A DNA stretch of 29,656 nt from a virus (lineage: Duplodnaviria > Heunggongvirae > Uroviricota > Caudoviricetes): the IMG/VR virus record IMGVR_UViG_2718218453_000002; one strand, given 5' to 3'. A program made the position numbers and the translations under genes. Below, in pieces: positions 26,342 through 29,656 of this stretch (positions within the stretch are counted from its first letter, which is position 1; each line of letters begins with the position of its first letter). The notes below the pieces were generated by a model. That model was not told the origin of the DNA, made no database searches, and saw nothing but the letters and a program-made list of their open reading frames with translations.

Positions 26342-26851
26342 TCAAATCAGACCAAACGATGCGCCAATACCGCTCATGGTATCGACCACGCTCGACATAG
26401 CTGGATTAGTCTGCAGACGTGCATGCAGCGCCAGAGCCGACAATGACAACATGCGAATGCCGGAGTTAACGCTTTCAATCATGTTGTGCTTACGGGCAAT
26501 GGTCAGACGTTCATCAGATACCGCGCCGCTCGCCAGTTCGCCGAGTTCACGCATTGCGCGCATGACATAAGACTGCAATTTGTCTTTAGCCAACTCATTA
26601 ACCGGCACGCATGGTAGGCAGTGAATCTGCGCTAAAAAACCATCAATGAGGGTTGAGTCTTCGGTCAGGTCAGTCAGCAGCCACAATTCAGGCGGCGTGA
26701 ACTGGTGAGGCTGTTCCGGGTTGAGCTTGTTACGTAACGTTTGAACGTTCATACCTGCACGCTCGGCCAGCTTCGCCATGTTGTGACGCTGTGCGAAAAT
26801 GCGGCATGCTTCGTCATAGTGGGGATGTTTGGAAACCTGAAAATCAAACAT
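26342..26851 (-). CDS. cII: CII-like regulatory protein (phage 186 CII family)
   Basis: From the internal ATG at 26851 (MFDFQVSKHPHYDEA.., GAGGGA Shine-Dalgarno) the protein is 169 aa, the length of 186 CII, and matches what I recall of its sequence; the track start at 26881 is TTG. Confidence 0.75.
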   Translation of the reverse strand: MFDFQVSKHPHYDEACRIFAQRHNMAKLAERAGMNVQTLRNKLNPEQPHQFTPPELWLLTDLTEDSTLIDGFLAQIHCLPCVPVNELAKDKLQSYVMRAMRELGELASGAVSDERLTIARKHNMIESVNSGIRMLSLSALALHARLQTNPAMSSVVDTMSGIGASFGLI

Positions 26852-26883
26852 GGTTAAATTCCCTCTAACTTGCATAATCAAAT

Positions 26884-27255
26884 TCAGTTAAGAGCGGTGC
26901 GCTGGTCGATGTAGCGACAATCAATCGCTTGTTGAGTCAGCTTATCGCGCCATGCTTTTACGTTTACGAGGGTTCGGCTTCGTTTAGCAGCTTCCTCTTT
27001 GTTGGAAAAGTCTTTGGTCGGAGCTTTGAGAAGGACTCCCTCATCGAGCCATTGCCAGACCAGACGCTCGCTAACACCGCGAGTAGCGGCGAAGTCTTTC
27101 ACAGTCATCGTGTCTGACATAGCGGAGCGAATCATTGTCTGTAGAGCTGGCAGCATGGCGGTAACGATGGCATCAAACTGTGTTGGATCTAGCAGCACAG
27201 TTTGATTTTGTGAGTTTTGCGAATCATTCGTCGAGATTGATTTTGCATCTGACAT
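26884..27255 (-). CDS. Apl/Cox-like excisionase and transcriptional regulator (HTH), with N-terminal extension
   Basis: First gene of the leftward early operon, in the position of 186 apl / P2 cox; HTH-like segment TVKDFAATRGVSERLVWQWLDEGVL; ATG at 27255 with AGGAG upstream. At 123 aa it is longer than 186 Apl (87 aa). Confidence 0.55.
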   Translation of the reverse strand: MSDAKSISTNDSQNSQNQTVLLDPTQFDAIVTAMLPALQTMIRSAMSDTMTVKDFAATRGVSERLVWQWLDEGVLLKAPTKDFSNKEEAAKRSRTLVNVKAWRDKLTQQAIDCRYIDQRTALN

Positions 27256-27376
27256 ATCGCATTATCTCCTGTTGTTTGAAATGTAGTGCAGTGGTGTGCA
27301 TCTTGGTCGATGAATGCCACTATAGATCGTAAAAAGTTTTCTGTAAACACCCATAAAATTATCTGTAGGGGGTTTT
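27256..27376. promoter_or_regulatory. Lysis-lysogeny switch region (promoters and operators not resolved)
   Basis: 121-bp region between the divergent apl-like and cI genes; in 186 and P2 the lytic and lysogenic promoters face each other here. Candidate TATAGA and TTGAAA elements and short repeats (TCTGTA twice) are visible but not assignable. Confidence 0.4.
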
Positions 27377-28237
27377 ATGAGTTCTGAGCTTGATGTTCAG
27401 TGGCGTGTTAGTGCAACGAACGGCGTATTGGAACGCTTAATGTCAGCCTATGGGGTCAAGATGCAAAAGGATTTGGCTGACCTGCTAGGTATCGCTAAAC
27501 ACAGCGTTAGCGGCTGGGTTCAGCGTGATGCAATACCTGGCAATGTCATAGTTAGGTGTTGTCTTGACACGGGAGCTGATATCAATTGGCTTGTAAATGG
27601 AGAGCTTGCAAATGCAAATCACGAGCGAGCCAGTTGCAAGTTAAAAGGTAAAGAGCTTTATGACGAGATTATGACGAATGGTGGTAAAACCGTTTTGCGT
27701 AGGATTCTTGATGCGTATGGCTTTACCATGCAAAAGGAGCTCGGTGATTTGCTCGGCATTTCCTCTGGCACAATTAGCACATGGGTAAGGCGAGATTTTT
27801 TCCCTGGTGATGTTGTTGTTACATGCGCTCTTGATACCGATACGTCACTGGAATGGTTAGCAACAGGCAAGGGGCAAATGCGAGCTAACAGGGAAGATGT
27901 CACATCTGGTTTTTCTATTAAAAAATCTCGTCTTGAATCTGGTGAGCTTAAGGATGCAGGAACGTGGCATCCTGACCCCTCAATGATTCCTTCTAACTCA
28001 GGGGAATTGATTTTTGTTGACGGTGTAGCTGCCTCTTGGCTTGTCGACTGTTCTGCTTCGAATATAAGTAATGGTCGCTGGTTAATTGATATCGACGGCG
28101 CTCTTGATGTTTTTGATGTAATTCGTTTACCTGGTGGAAAAGTCAGGTTGTCAAATAAGTCTGCTGAGTTTGAATGCAACATTACCGACATTACGCCTGC
28201 CGGGGTTGTAGTTTTCACATTGGAAAAACACGTATAA
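27377..28237 (+). CDS. cI: CI-type immunity repressor with tandemly duplicated N-terminal DNA-binding domain
   Basis: 286-aa ORF upstream of int and divergent from apl/cII. Residues about 14-75 and 98-160 are clearly homologous and each resembles the 186 CI N-terminal HTH domain; the C-terminal about 110 aa resemble a CI oligomerisation domain. AGGGGG Shine-Dalgarno. Confidence 0.75.
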   Translation: MSSELDVQWRVSATNGVLERLMSAYGVKMQKDLADLLGIAKHSVSGWVQRDAIPGNVIVRCCLDTGADINWLVNGELANANHERASCKLKGKELYDEIMTNGGKTVLRRILDAYGFTMQKELGDLLGISSGTISTWVRRDFFPGDVVVTCALDTDTSLEWLATGKGQMRANREDVTSGFSIKKSRLESGELKDAGTWHPDPSMIPSNSGELIFVDGVAASWLVDCSASNISNGRWLIDIDGALDVFDVIRLPGGKVRLSNKSAEFECNITDITPAGVVVFTLEKHV

Positions 28238-28245
28238 GGGAAATT

Positions 28246-28584
28246 ATGAAACGTAAACTCTTTTTAGCTATGCTTCTTACCTTTTCTTTTGGCTCCTTAG
28301 CCGCTGAAAAAACACAGGATTTAGATGGCGCTAAGTTTGGTGAGGATTGGCCGTTAACTTTTGAAAAAGCTACGGTGTCTTGCGTTAACGGTAAGTATGC
28401 CTTTGTATACGACAAAGCAACTGATGACCGATACCCATTAAATGGTTTTGCTATTGATGGAGTAAAGTCTGGAAAGCTTGAGGGGAGCAATATTGATGCT
28501 GTTTGGAAAGACAGTCCAGAGTATGCAGGTGTAAAAATTCCTTTGGATCCTGTAATGGATGCCGCAACAGCACTTTGCGAATAA
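28246..28584 (+). CDS. Secreted/periplasmic protein of unknown function (moron between cI and int)
   Basis: 112-aa ORF from ATG at 28246 (AAGGGAAA Shine-Dalgarno) with signal peptide MKRKLFLAMLLTFSFGSLA-AEK and two cysteines in the mature part; no equivalent gene lies between C/cI and int in P2. Confidence 0.6.
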   Translation: MKRKLFLAMLLTFSFGSLAAEKTQDLDGAKFGEDWPLTFEKATVSCVNGKYAFVYDKATDDRYPLNGFAIDGVKSGKLEGSNIDAVWKDSPEYAGVKIPLDPVMDAATALCE

Positions 28585-28606
28585 TTAGAGTTGCCTCGGT
28601 GACATT

Positions 28607-29656
28607 ATGACTGTAAGTAAGCAAAAAAATGGCAAATGGTTATGTGAGCTCTATCCAAATGGTCGAGAAGGGCGGCGTATACGTCGGCAATTCAATACCA
28701 AAGGTGAGGCCGAGGCATTCGAAGCATTTACCAAAAGCGAGAGTGAAGATAAGCCGTGGCTTGGCAAGAAAGAAGACCGCCGACGCTTAAGCGAGATTAT
28801 TCAGCTTTGGCACAATTTGCACGGTCAAGCGTTAGTCGCCAGTAAGTCGAGGTTAGCAAAGCTTCAAATCGTATGTAATGGGCTTGGTGACCCGATTGCA
28901 TCTCGCCTTACCGCGAAAGACTGGGCTCATTATCGTGACCGTCGATTACGTGGTGAAATAGACAATGGTTATCATAAAGCCCCCTCGAAATGGATCGCCA
29001 AACCTATAACCGTCAATCGCGAACAACAATACCTAGAAGCAGTGTTTAATGAGCTCCGCCGGTTAGGGGAGTGGAGCCTACCCAATCCACTTGATGGGAT
29101 CCGAGTATTCAAAGAGGCTGAGAAAGAAATGTCCTGGCTAACTTTGTCTCAGCTCCCGGAGCTGTTTCGAGCCTGCGAGCAATACGGCAAAGAAGACCTC
29201 ACCATGATTGTTAAGGTGTGCCTTGCAACCGGCGCTCGATGGGGGGAAGCGGAGAGATTGACCCGCCCTCAACTTTCTCCATATAAACTGACGTTCACCA
29301 AAACCAAAGGTAAGAAGAATCGCACAGTTCCTATTCCTAAATGGCTGTACGACGAGTTGTCCGTACGTCAAGGCAGAATGTTTAAACCCTGCTATCAGGA
29401 GTTTAAGAAGATGCTCAAACTAACGAATATTGAATTGACGGAAGGGCAGAAGACGCACGTTTTGCGTCATACTTTTGGTGCGCATTTTATGATGAACGGC
29501 GGGAATATACTGGTACTGCAGAAAATTCTCGGGCATGCCAATATTCGAGAAACAATGAAGTATGCACACTTTGCTCCTGACCACCTTGAACAAGCTGTAA
29601 CCCTTAATCCGTTATCGCTGTATGTTGGCGACAATATGGCGGCAGAGGTTGCATAA
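28607..29656 (+). CDS. int: Tyrosine integrase (P2/186 Int family)
   Basis: 349-aa ORF with catalytic signature residues in the expected order (R in GARWGEAERL, HxxR in HVLRHTF, Y in ETMKYAH); its stop is the last codon of the window. Confidence 0.9.
   Translation: MTVSKQKNGKWLCELYPNGREGRRIRRQFNTKGEAEAFEAFTKSESEDKPWLGKKEDRRRLSEIIQLWHNLHGQALVASKSRLAKLQIVCNGLGDPIASRLTAKDWAHYRDRRLRGEIDNGYHKAPSKWIAKPITVNREQQYLEAVFNELRRLGEWSLPNPLDGIRVFKEAEKEMSWLTLSQLPELFRACEQYGKEDLTMIVKVCLATGARWGEAERLTRPQLSPYKLTFTKTKGKKNRTVPIPKWLYDELSVRQGRMFKPCYQEFKKMLKLTNIELTEGQKTHVLRHTFGAHFMMNGGNILVLQKILGHANIRETMKYAHFAPDHLEQAVTLNPLSLYVGDNMAAEVA

Noticed and set aside
1-29656. CRISPR arrays, tRNA/rRNA genes, insertion sequences
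   Set aside because: No regularly spaced direct repeats, no tRNA-like cloverleaf candidates and no transposase-like ORFs or terminal inverted repeats were seen; the only mobile element is the prophage itself.

Overview
This window is an almost complete P2/186-family temperate myovirus prophage, read in reverse relative to the standard P2 map. On the minus strand it runs tail genes D-U-T-E/E'-FII-FI, tail fibre G-H, baseplate I-J-W-V, tail completion S-R, the lysis cassette (lysC, lysB, endolysin, holin), X, and head genes L-M-N-O. Terminase P and portal Q follow on the plus strand, then a 186-type cos site, replication gene A with small early genes, a 186-type CII, an Apl/Cox-like gene, a CI-type repressor and a tyrosine integrase whose stop codon is the last codon of the window. 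ogr/B and both att sites lie outside the window. All calls rest on reading the ORF translations and the DNA by eye; no database search or computation was run. The best candidate for an undescribed system is an AT-rich two-gene cassette between portal Q and cos (19426-21005): a 275-aa protein translationally coupled to a 249-aa protein with two N-terminal transmembrane helices, neither resembling anything I recognise. Other non-backbone content: small unknown genes between cos and A; a LexA-box promoter driving a DinI-like (Tum-type) module; two copies of a hairpin-containing repeat; a CI repressor with a tandemly duplicated DNA-binding domain; and a secreted-protein moron between cI and int.
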